Positions 56,443 through 64,000 of a stretch of DNA of 64,000 bases are shown in pieces (the first letter of the stretch is position 1; each line of letters begins with the position of its first letter). The notes beneath the pieces are model-generated. The model worked only from the letters and a program-made list of their open reading frames with translations. It did not search any database and was not told where the DNA came from. A program made the position numbers and the translations under genes. The stretch is from NCBI GenBank assembly GCA_947039455.1, contig CAMQZB010000002.1, positions 22,736 to 86,735 of the forward strand, given 5' to 3'. This stretch comes from an uncultured Clostridia bacterium. GTDB lineage: Bacteria > Bacillota > Clostridia > Christensenellales > CAMQZB01.

Positions 56443-58575
56443 ATGGAATTCAAATTAAAAATCTTAAAAATAATGAGAGAAACAAGAACTGAACAATTCA
56501 CGAACCAAAGAATATTCTCGCTTTTTGGAGCGAAATCTTTGTTTGAGAAAAGAAATATTGAGAAAGCCTTAAAGGATTTAGTTTCTGACGGTGAAATCAA
56601 AATGGACAAATCAGGTAACATAACATTATTAAAAACAAAATCAAAAACTAATAATAAACAAAGTGAAACTTTTTCTGGAGTATTACAAGGTAACCAAAAA
56701 GGCTTTGCTTTTTTCCGTCCTGAAAATCCTGAAGACAAAGACCTATTCATTCCAAACCGCAACCTAAATGGTGCATTACACCTAGATAAAGTTTTGGTGG
56801 AACTAGTAGACAAAACCGACGAATCTGACGTAGCGAGAGTAGTAGAAATACTAGAACGTGGCGTAACAAAGGTAGTTGGTACTTTTCAACTAGGAAATAA
56901 TTGCGGATTTGTAGTACCTGATGATTCAAGATATTTTGCTGATATTTATATTCCAAAAGCTAAAATGAAACAAGCTAAAACTGGAATGAAAGTAGTGGCG
57001 AATATTTTAGCATTTCCAAAAGGAAGAAAAAATCCAGAGGGTTCAATTATTGAAATTCTTGGAACAGCCGACACTGTTGGTTGCGACGTTTTATCAATCG
57101 TTAGATCGCACAACATTAAAGACGAGTTCGAGCCTGAAACATTAAGTGAAGCAAGAGCAATTCCTCAAACTATCAACCAAAACATTTCAAAAGATAGAGT
57201 TGATTTCAGAAACCAATGCATAATCACAATTGACGGCGAAGACGCAAGAGACCTTGACGATGCAATTTCTATAGACAAAAACGCCGACGGAACTTTCACT
57301 CTAGGAGTTCATATCGCCGATGTTACTGAGTACGTAAAACAAGATAGCCCGTTAGATAAAGAAGCATATTCAAGAGCGACAAGCGTGTATTTTGTTGACC
57401 GTGTAATCCCAATGTTGCCACAAGAACTATCAAACGGAATTTGTTCATTGAACGAAAACGTAGATAGACTTACATTGTCATGCGTAATGACGGTTGGTTC
57501 AGACGGACAAGTTATCGAAAGTAAATTGTGTGAGGGAGTAATAAACACTCGCCACAGAATGACATATACTGATGTTACAAACATGATTGAAGGCGACAAA
57601 ACTACTATTGAAAAGTTCAACGATATTATGCCTATGGTAAATGATATGGACGAACTTGCTCATATTTTAATTAATAGAAGAAATAGGGAAGGTGCCATAG
57701 ATTTTGACACTCCTGAAGCGAAAATCATATTAAATGACAAAGGCGAAGTGGTGGAAATCAAACAATATGAAAGAAAAATTTCTAACCGAGTAATCGAAGA
57801 ATTTATGATACTTGCCAATCGCGCAGTAGCATCATATATGTTCGACCATAACCTACCATTTATCTACCGTATCCACGAAAAACCTAAAACTGAGAAAGTA
57901 GAAAATTTCATCAAGTTCGCAACAGCTCTAGGTGTAACATTCAAAATGCCTAAAGAAGCGTTAAAATCAAAAGATTTCGCTGATTTACTAGGTACGTTAG
58001 AAGATAGCCCATTGTATTTAATAATCAATAGAGTACTACTTCGTTCAATGCAAAAAGCGAAATATTCTGCTGAATGTATCGAGCATTTCGGACTATCCGC
58101 AAACGAATATTGCCACTTCACATCACCAATCAGACGTTACCCAGATTTATTTGGACACAGAATGATTAAAATGATGTTGCACGGTGAATTTAACCAAAAT
58201 AAACTTGATGAGGTTTATGAAACTGTTAGTGATATTGCGAACCATTGTAGTGAAAAAGAACGTGGAGCTGATGAAGCTGAACGTGATGCTGACGACTTGA
58301 AAAAAGCTGAATATATGGCTACAAAACTTGGTCAAGAATATGACGGTGTGGTTTCAGGCGTAACTTCTTTTGGTGTATTTGTCGAACTAGACAATACCTG
58401 TGAAGGATTAGCTAGAATTGAAACTTTGCCTGATGACAAGTACGAATTCGTTGAAAGCATGTTTAAATTGGAAGGTCACAACCATAGTTTCAAACTTGGT
58501 GATACTGTGAAAATTCAAGTTGCTAACGTTGATATGACTACAAGACGAGTTAATTTTGCAATAATTGAGAATTAA
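56443..58575 (+). CDS. rnr: ribonuclease R
   Basis: N-terminal HTH/CSD region, an RNB domain (IDGEDARDLDDAIS, FTSPIRRYPD), and a C-terminal S1 domain. Confidence 0.95.
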   Translation: MEFKLKILKIMRETRTEQFTNQRIFSLFGAKSLFEKRNIEKALKDLVSDGEIKMDKSGNITLLKTKSKTNNKQSETFSGVLQGNQKGFAFFRPENPEDKDLFIPNRNLNGALHLDKVLVELVDKTDESDVARVVEILERGVTKVVGTFQLGNNCGFVVPDDSRYFADIYIPKAKMKQAKTGMKVVANILAFPKGRKNPEGSIIEILGTADTVGCDVLSIVRSHNIKDEFEPETLSEARAIPQTINQNISKDRVDFRNQCIITIDGEDARDLDDAISIDKNADGTFTLGVHIADVTEYVKQDSPLDKEAYSRATSVYFVDRVIPMLPQELSNGICSLNENVDRLTLSCVMTVGSDGQVIESKLCEGVINTRHRMTYTDVTNMIEGDKTTIEKFNDIMPMVNDMDELAHILINRRNREGAIDFDTPEAKIILNDKGEVVEIKQYERKISNRVIEEFMILANRAVASYMFDHNLPFIYRIHEKPKTEKVENFIKFATALGVTFKMPKEALKSKDFADLLGTLEDSPLYLIINRVLLRSMQKAKYSAECIEHFGLSANEYCHFTSPIRRYPDLFGHRMIKMMLHGEFNQNKLDEVYETVSDIANHCSEKERGADEAERDADDLKKAEYMATKLGQEYDGVVSGVTSFGVFVELDNTCEGLARIETLPDDKYEFVESMFKLEGHNHSFKLGDTVKIQVANVDMTTRRVNFAIIEN

Positions 58576-58630
58576 TTTGACATTTTTTGAATAGAGTAGT
58601 AATATAATATAAAAAAGGACTGGAACGAGA

Positions 58631-59083
58631 ATGAAAATAATTGCAACCAACAGAAGTGCCACATTTGAATATTTTATCGAAGAAAGCTTCGAAGCTGGCA
58701 TATCTCTAGTTGGACCGGAAGTTAAATCTATCCGCGCAGGTAATGTCAGTCTCAAAGAGTGCTTTATTTTCATAAGAAACGGACAAATGGTGCTGAAAAA
58801 TATGCACATTGCGCCATACGAACAAGGAAGTTTTTCCAATGTTGACGTAAGGCGTGACCGTACTTTGCTAATGCACAAGTTCGAAATACACAAATTAATG
58901 GGTAAAGTCCAAGAAAAAGGACTTACATTAATTCCAACAAAAATATACTTGAAAGGTTCTCTAATTAAAATGGAAATTGCCTTGTGTAAAGGAAAACAAA
59001 CCTTCGACAAACGCAAAACTATTAAAGACAGAGAAGAAAAACGAAACCTACAAAGAGTATTCAAAGAATACAACTCAAGATAA
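58631..59083 (+). CDS. smpB: SsrA-binding protein
   Basis: IATNRSATFEYFIEE.FEAGI.L.G.EVKS.R, with a C-terminal basic tail. Adjacent to rnr and ssrA. Confidence 0.96.
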   Translation: MKIIATNRSATFEYFIEESFEAGISLVGPEVKSIRAGNVSLKECFIFIRNGQMVLKNMHIAPYEQGSFSNVDVRRDRTLLMHKFEIHKLMGKVQEKGLTLIPTKIYLKGSLIKMEIALCKGKQTFDKRKTIKDREEKRNLQRVFKEYNSR

Positions 59084-59105
59084 AGTCTTATTTAAGGATA
59101 AAATT

Positions 59106-59561
59106 ATGGAATTTAAAAAAATAACAAAATCAAATTATATGGAATGTATTAACCTAAAAGTCAGTGCAGGCCAAATAGATTTTGTTGCTGATAATTCTCA
59201 ATCTCTAGTGGAATCAGCTTTCGAAGAAGGTTTAAAAACCTTAGGAATTTACAATGAAGACACTATGATCGGTTTTATCTTATATGATTATGACAGCTCA
59301 TTCCCCGGTTGGTCACTAAGTCGATTTATGATTGATTATAGATGCCAAGGAAAGGGATATGGAAAAAAATCTGCTGAAGAATTTCTTGATTATTTTAAAA
59401 AGGAAGTGCCAGCGGATAAAATATATATTAGTGTTTGTGTTGATAATCAACCGGCATTGAAAATGTTTGAAAATCTCGGATTTCAAAAAATTAAAGAAAT
59501 TGAATATATTTTTAATACCAAAAAATTCAGAGAAATGCAAATGTATAAATCATTTAAATAA
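59106..59561 (+). CDS. GNAT family N-acetyltransferase
   Basis: Acetyl-CoA-binding block Q/RxxGxG/A (CQGKGYGKKSAEEFL). ATG at 59106 follows AAGGA. The track start at 58977 would overlap smpB by 107 nt. Confidence 0.8.
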   Translation: MEFKKITKSNYMECINLKVSAGQIDFVADNSQSLVESAFEEGLKTLGIYNEDTMIGFILYDYDSSFPGWSLSRFMIDYRCQGKGYGKKSAEEFLDYFKKEVPADKIYISVCVDNQPALKMFENLGFQKIKEIEYIFNTKKFREMQMYKSFK

Positions 59562-59577
59562 CAAAAATATAGACAGC

Positions 59578-59705
59578 TATTAATTTACTAAGGTAAACTG
59601 ATATATAAACAAAATTATCATCATAAAAAGGCAATTTTAACAATAGCCAATATATTAGAAGATAATAAAAAGTTATTAATTTACGATAGTAAACTGATAT
59701 AAAAC
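59578..59705 (+). repeat. imperfect direct repeat of about 32 bp carrying extended -10 promoter elements upstream of ssrA (59578-59610 and 59674-59705)
   Basis: TATTAATTTAC-N4-GTAAACTGATATA(T)AAAC occurs twice. The proximal copy places TGaTATAAA 7 nt before the tmRNA 5' end. Confidence 0.8.
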
Positions 59706-59709
59706 ACGT

Positions 59710-60060
59710 GGGGGTGTACCGGATTCGATTGGGAAGATAAGGTGCTTTGTATAAGCGTGTCGAAGGCTCGGCTTCGTTAAAACGGAAACAATTTTAATTG
59801 CTAACAGAAATACTGTAGCTTTAGCTGCCTAGTCAGCTTTTGTCGTTTGGAGTAACCTACGGACTCAACTCGGCATCAATTTAGTAGGGTACATGTGAGA
59901 GCAGGAGTGATCTAGCCTACCTCACAGGACACAAAGCGGATTCGTCAGTATAGGATTATGTCGTTGTAAGCCGTACTTGATGTAAAAATTAGCGACTACA
60001 CACGTAGAAGACTTTGTGTCGCTTTCCAACACAGGGGTTCAACTCCCCTCACCTCCACCA
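59710..60060 (+). ncRNA. ssrA: transfer-messenger RNA (tmRNA)
   Basis: The 5' end GGGGGTGTACCGGATTCGA pairs with the 3' end GGGGTTCAACTCCCCTCACCTCCACCA (tRNA-Ala-like acceptor/T arm, encoded CCA). The tag reading frame GCT AAC AGA AAT ACT GTA GCT TTA GCT GCC TAG (59800-59832) encodes ANRNTVALAA. Confidence 0.97.
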
Positions 60061-60065
60061 ATTTG

Positions 60066-60093
60066 AAAAACCACTATATATAGTGGTTTTTCT
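60066..60093 (+). terminator. rho-independent terminator of ssrA
   Basis: AAAAACCACTATA / TATAGTGGTTTTT hairpin. Confidence 0.88.
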
Positions 60094-60411
60094 TCTATAT
60101 TTACACTTATTTACCACCATATATAGTTTAACCCCATTCCGATGGTGCAGTTATGGTGCAAAATAATAAAAAACAAAACTAACCCACAAAACACAGGTTA
60201 GTTTTTTATTTTTCTCCCAATGAATAAATATACGCATATTCATAATTATTGTATAATGTCTACTTCTAAATTTGATATGCATTATCTTAATTAGTATAAA
60301 TATATTGAAAACTTTAAAGCAACGTATTCATCATTCTCCGTATTATCGTTATGGTTAATTTAAACCGGATATTTATTCTAAGTACATATGGTTTTTTTGC
60401 ATTAATCAACG

Positions 60412-60439
60412 TTGCAAGTAAATGAATGTGTGGTATACT
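60412..60439 (+). promoter_or_regulatory. sigma-A promoter of the first KAP-type NTPase gene
   Basis: TTGCAA (60412-60417), 16 nt, TGgTATACT (TATACT at 60434-60439). It is followed by a leader of about 128 nt containing a 9-bp hairpin (60476-60484 / 60506-60514). Confidence 0.55.
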
Positions 60440-60567
60440 ATATAACAATTATGATTGCAAGATAATAGGATAGTGAGAATAAGTTCTGAAAGAATTTATT
60501 TGTTTACTTATTCTGATGTGATTTAGATAATAAATGTTGTTTTATTAGACATGAGAAGGGAGGATAT

Positions 60568-62337
60568 ATGAATACTGTAGTGATTAAAAATGTTATAGAT
60601 TTAGTTGTTAAAGGTGAAAATAACTGTGTGCTAATTGATGGACCATGGGGTGTAGGTAAAACATATCAAATCAATGAGTGTGTAAAGAAGTATAAAAAAA
60701 ACAAAAAGGTAAAATTTGCATATGTGTCTTTATTTGGAACAAACTCCATTGATGAAATCCATACTAGATTATATCAGCAATTACATCCAAATAAACATAT
60801 TGCAAAAAACTGTATTAATTTAATTCCTGCAGCAATTGCCTTTATGCCATATGTTGGTAATGTTGTCGGCGGATTAGAAAATGTTTTAGGCGGTTCTAAG
60901 AAAATAGCAAATTTAATGGATAAAGATTTAACTAAAGATGTGATTGCTCTTGGTGAAAAAATATCAGTTTCAGAACATGGCAATAAAAGTATTAAGAGTA
61001 AAAATGTTCAAATAGTAATATTGGATGATTTGGAGCGAAAAGCTGAAGAATTGACCTTTGATATTATATTAGGATATATAAACACCTTAATGTTTCAAGG
61101 AATAAAGGTTGTTCTTGTGTGCGATAAATCAAATATATCAGATCAAGTTGGATTAAACAAATTTAAAGAAAAAGTAATTGAAAGAGAATTTTGTCTAGCA
61201 ACGATTTCGACAGACGCAATTGATTCTTATTGTAAAGATTTGACTTATATTCAAATAGATTTATTAGATAATAATATAAGAACTTTGAAAAAATCGTTAA
61301 AATTTTATTGTGAAATTTATGAGAAAGTAAATAATAGTAAATACATAAATATAGAAGAGTTGTTAACGAATTGCATTTTAGTAGTAAAATCACTATCTTA
61401 TATTGATGATATAGAAAAAGAACAACCATCTACTGAACAACTTGTTGAAGATATACGAATTAATAAGGCGACGGGTTCTGCGTATTTAGCATCTAAGCTT
61501 AAATTGATTAAACATACACACCATGATATTGCTTGGAATCAGGAATTATTGATAGCTTTACTGAGTGTATACTATTATTGTGATTATTTAAGGGTGGATG
61601 AATTTTATACGCCTATTGTTGAAGGGGAATTGTCGAATATATTATTAGAAGAATGTTATTTTCAAGATACAAAAGGCAAGCAGGATCTGTTGAAAAAACA
61701 ATATGAATTTATTAGGGATCATAATGCTTATTTTTCTGATCAAGGAATAAAAAGAATTGGTGAATTTTATAAATATAAAAATATATTAACTAATATTATT
61801 GATTTTAATGAGTTAGAAGAATTTATGATAGATGCAAGCGTTCAAAAACCTGATGCTATAGATAAAATAAGTCTATATTTGCAATTTCAGTTTAATGGGC
61901 AAAGATTGGACGAATTTGTTGAATTTGAAAAGAGATTGCGTTTTGAAAGTAAGGCACTTTTAAATGAGGCGAAGATTAAAGAATTGAACAACTATTTTGA
62001 ACAAGATGATTATGAGAATTTATGTAAATCATTTAGTCATATGGATGGCGACCAATCATTTAATGATTCATGCTGTTTAAATGAAATACAATATAAAAAT
62101 TTATTAAATCACAATTACTTTTTGCCTAAATTAAATGAAACTATTTCGTTGTCAGAATGGCAATTTGCTCATTTAATAGTTTCGATTATAAATAAAGAAA
62201 AAAAGCGCGGTATTGAATTTGACAAGTACTTAAGAAATACATATTTAGAGTATAAAGAGGATTGTACTGTTTTGGAAAGGTTAAAAATAATTTCTACAAA
62301 AAATAGTAATGTGTTTGACGACGCTTATTGGGAATAG
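60568..62337 (+). CDS. KAP-family-like P-loop NTPase (589 aa) with an uncharacterised helical C-terminal half
   Basis: Walker A in the GxWGxGKT form (DGPWGVGKT, 60640-60663). Walker B in the DDLxR form (IVILDDLER, 61012-61038). A hydrophobic segment (INLIPAAIAFMPYVGNVVGGL) sits between them. Strong RBS (GGGAGG). Confidence 0.7.
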   Translation: MNTVVIKNVIDLVVKGENNCVLIDGPWGVGKTYQINECVKKYKKNKKVKFAYVSLFGTNSIDEIHTRLYQQLHPNKHIAKNCINLIPAAIAFMPYVGNVVGGLENVLGGSKKIANLMDKDLTKDVIALGEKISVSEHGNKSIKSKNVQIVILDDLERKAEELTFDIILGYINTLMFQGIKVVLVCDKSNISDQVGLNKFKEKVIEREFCLATISTDAIDSYCKDLTYIQIDLLDNNIRTLKKSLKFYCEIYEKVNNSKYINIEELLTNCILVVKSLSYIDDIEKEQPSTEQLVEDIRINKATGSAYLASKLKLIKHTHHDIAWNQELLIALLSVYYYCDYLRVDEFYTPIVEGELSNILLEECYFQDTKGKQDLLKKQYEFIRDHNAYFSDQGIKRIGEFYKYKNILTNIIDFNELEEFMIDASVQKPDAIDKISLYLQFQFNGQRLDEFVEFEKRLRFESKALLNEAKIKELNNYFEQDDYENLCKSFSHMDGDQSFNDSCCLNEIQYKNLLNHNYFLPKLNETISLSEWQFAHLIVSIINKEKKRGIEFDKYLRNTYLEYKEDCTVLERLKIISTKNSNVFDDAYWE

Positions 62338-62449
62338 AGAGAATAAACTATTAAAAAGTAACTAATAAATATATTAAATAATGGACAAGTAGTAGCTGTC
62401 AAAAAAACTAAAACTAATTAAAAACAGTTTGCGTTCGAATGCAAATCCT

Positions 62450-62486
62450 AAAGACCGCTGGTGTAGTTATCTCAAGCGGTCTTTTA
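62450..62486 (+). terminator. rho-independent terminator between the two NTPase genes
   Basis: AAGACCGCT / AGCGGTCTT stem with a 15-nt loop, followed by TTTTA. Confidence 0.65.
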
Positions 62487-62546
62487 TATTAAATCCAACC
62501 AATTGTCAATTAAATCCAATATTTACCACTAATACTGTCGAAAGTG

Positions 62547-62575
62547 TTGAATTGGTCTATACTATGTGTTATAAT
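62547..62575 (+). promoter_or_regulatory. sigma-A promoter of the second (YobI-like) NTPase gene
   Basis: TTGAAT (62547-62552), 17 nt, TGtTATAAT (TATAAT at 62570-62575). Confidence 0.7.
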
Positions 62576-62600
62576 GAATTTAGAATATGGGGGAATGCAT

Positions 62601-64000
62601 ATGGAAAATTCAAATGAAATCAAACAAGACAATATAAATACAAAAGCGAAAATAATATCTAATACACCAAAAGCGTATATTGATGATTATAAAGAGTACT
62701 GTAATATTTTGCATGATAAACTAATAGAAAAAGAAGTGAAGAATATTGGAATAGTATCATCATACGGTGCGGGAAAGAGTAGCTTAATTGCAACGTATAA
62801 AGAATTATATAGCAATGACGATAAAAAGTGGATGTCAATATCTTTAGCTAATTTCAATAAGGGTAAAAACAATGGTAGTGAAAAGAAAAATGAAACAGAA
62901 ATAGAAACAGTTGCGAAGAACACTCACTTGGAAGACGTTCATTCAAACGTAGAGAAGAGTATTTTGCAACAAATATTATTCAGCGTTCCGGCTAAAAAAG
63001 TGCCCTTTTCAAAAATTAATAGAATTGCAACAAAAGGTTGGGGGACAATAGGATGTGCAGCGCTGATAGTATTGTTTTTTGCTTCAATATATCTTTTAGC
63101 GAATTCGTTCGGCAAAAGTCCTATATTTGAACAGGAGAATGCTAATGTGATATTATTGGGTTTAAGCATCATATTGGGTGTAGCTTTAGTTTCATTAATA
63201 TTATGGAAGTTTAAAATTAAAAACATTGGAGCTGACAAGTTTTCTACTGAATTTTATGAAGAAAAAGATTTTACTTTAAATAAATTTATTGACGAAATAT
63301 TATATTTCTTTGAAAAATCAAAAGTAGAGAATGTAGTGTTTGAGGATTTGGATAGATTTGAAGATTTAAGCATTTTTTCAAAACTAAGAGAGCTGAATCA
63401 GCTAATAAACAATTATGGTGCAATAGACCGTAAAATCGCATTTATATATGCAGTCAAAGATGATATGTTCGACAATGAGGAAGAGAAAGCAAAATTTTTT
63501 GATTTTACTTTACCATTAGTACCTGCATTAAATCCTAATAATGTAAAAGAAATGATTAAAAAATATTTGAAAGAAAATTGTAATCAATCTATGAATATAT
63601 CAAACAGCTATATTAATGGTGTGGCTTGGCAAATTAAAGATATGCGAATTTTAATTAATATAATGAATGATTATATTATTTTCTATACTATTGTTAATAA
63701 AGCAAACGATAATTTATTCATTGCTAAATCTAAAGATAATAATAAAGTTTCAAAAATAGCTTCCAACGAAAAATTATTCAGTTTAATGATATATAAAAAT
63801 ATTAAACCTAAAGATTTTGCGAAATTACAAAAGAGAGAAGGCGATGTGTGGAGAGTTTTTGATGTTAAGCAAAATATGTGTACAATTAGAATCAAAGAAT
63901 TAGAAAACAAAATAGATAATTTGAAAGATAGTATACTTGATAGTGATAAAGAATATTTGTCAAATTTTAACCAGTTAAAGTATATGTTTTCCGGAATGTG
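62601..64000 (+). CDS. YobI-like / KAP-type P-loop NTPase with two TM helices inserted in the NTPase domain (5' part only, continues past the window end)
   Basis: Not in the ORF track. I translated it by hand from ATG 62601 (after GGGGGA) and it stays open for 466 codons to the window edge. Walker A is SSYGAGKSS (62766-62783). Two TM helices lie at 63039-63110 and 63147-63212. Walker B is VVFEDLDRF (63339-63359), followed by LRELN. Three - strand ORFs in the track (62687-62923, 62939-63238, 63683-63910) are its shadows. Confidence 0.75.
   Translation, partial: MENSNEIKQDNINTKAKIISNTPKAYIDDYKEYCNILHDKLIEKEVKNIGIVSSYGAGKSSLIATYKELYSNDDKKWMSISLANFNKGKNNGSEKKNETEIETVAKNTHLEDVHSNVEKSILQQILFSVPAKKVPFSKINRIATKGWGTIGCAALIVLFFASIYLLANSFGKSPIFEQENANVILLGLSIILGVALVSLILWKFKIKNIGADKFSTEFYEEKDFTLNKFIDEILYFFEKSKVENVVFEDLDRFEDLSIFSKLRELNQLINNYGAIDRKIAFIYAVKDDMFDNEEEKAKFFDFTLPLVPALNPNNVKEMIKKYLKENCNQSMNISNSYINGVAWQIKDMRILINIMNDYIIFYTIVNKANDNLFIAKSKDNNKVSKIASNEKLFSLMIYKNIKPKDFAKLQKREGDVWRVFDVKQNMCTIRIKELENKIDNLKDSILDSDKEYLSNFNQLKYMFSGM

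Larger units (their letters stand above)
60094..64000. other. candidate horizontally acquired island abutting the 3' end of ssrA (continues beyond the window)
   Basis: Abrupt, visible shift to higher A+T with Asn/Lys/Ile/Tyr-rich proteins, starting right after a tmRNA gene. tmRNA 3' ends are a classical island integration site. The content is non-housekeeping (two KAP-type NTPases). No integrase is present in the visible part. Confidence 0.5.

Noticed and set aside
58408-59073. 221-aa - strand ORF spanning the rnr end, smpB and the GNAT upstream region
   Set aside because: It overlaps two strongly supported + strand genes and their intergenic region, and it has no motifs. It is a shadow ORF.
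58977-59105. N-terminal extension of the GNAT ORF, as listed in the track
   Set aside because: It would overlap smpB by 107 nt. ATG at 59106 has an AAGGA RBS and matches the usual start of the GNAT fold.
60094-60567. Integrase, recombinase or small ORF directly next to ssrA
   Set aside because: No ORF of meaningful length exists in any frame. The only candidate is a 19-codon ATG frame (about 60142-60201) without an RBS, and it ends inside a terminator hairpin. If an integrase exists it must be beyond 64000.
62429-62617. 62-aa + strand ORF between the two NTPase genes
   Set aside because: It runs through a terminator hairpin and the -35/-10 of the next gene. It has no RBS and a non-ATG start.
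62687-63910. Three - strand ORFs (62687-62923, 62939-63238, 63683-63910)
   Set aside because: They are shadows of the long + strand YobI-like frame. That frame has an RBS, a promoter, Walker A/B motifs and TM helices.

Overview
The window looks like core chromosome from a low-GC, endospore-forming Firmicute (Clostridia-like). Almost every gene is on the + strand. Reading left to right:

- ribF 3' end, an endonuclease-IV-like TIM-barrel gene, an M24 peptidase and efp.
- A response regulator / ABC transporter / histidine kinase module, followed by an odd 410-bp non-coding element.
- The complete spoIIIAA-AH operon.
- asp23-nusB-folD-xseA-xseB-ispA.
- A roughly 640-nt structured non-coding region that I call OLE RNA, with its partner membrane protein OapA.
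- tlyA-nadK-argR-recN, a YpsA/DUF1273 gene on the - strand, spoIIE-tilS-hpt, tdk and a Nudix hydrolase on the - strand.
- An EIIC_2-type membrane protein, cca, rmuC, a PHP phosphoesterase, a VanW protein and a Zn alcohol dehydrogenase on the - strand.
- rpmE, a DUF1385-PrmC fusion, prfA, an aminotransferase and a mini P-loop ORF.
- thrC-trpS followed by an uncharacterised triad: a Cys-motif protein, a degenerate J-domain protein with a Cys-rich tail, and a membrane protein.
- An orphan ArsR regulator, uvrC, a Cof hydrolase, hprK, dusB, trmL and a Na/Pi cotransporter.
- pgk-tpiA-gpmI, secG, rnr, smpB, a GNAT acetyltransferase and tmRNA (ssrA).

Directly after ssrA the sequence becomes visibly more AT-rich. 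This stretch carries two consecutive KAP-type P-loop NTPase genes, each with its own promoter. The second is YobI-like, has a transmembrane hairpin inserted inside the NTPase domain, runs off the window end, and is missing from the ORF track. This is my best candidate for an undescribed accessory (defence-like) locus.

Other points worth a second look:
- A perfect (CCCAAAA)x8 microsatellite next to a GC-rich triple-hairpin core flanked by direct repeats, with a related element after vanW.
- The DUF1385-PrmC fusion.
- The Cys-rich J-like triad.
- An intrinsic terminator sitting directly in front of thrC.

I saw no rRNA, tRNA, CRISPR array, transposase or integrase. All calls come from reading the sequence and translations by eye. 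No searches or computations were run.
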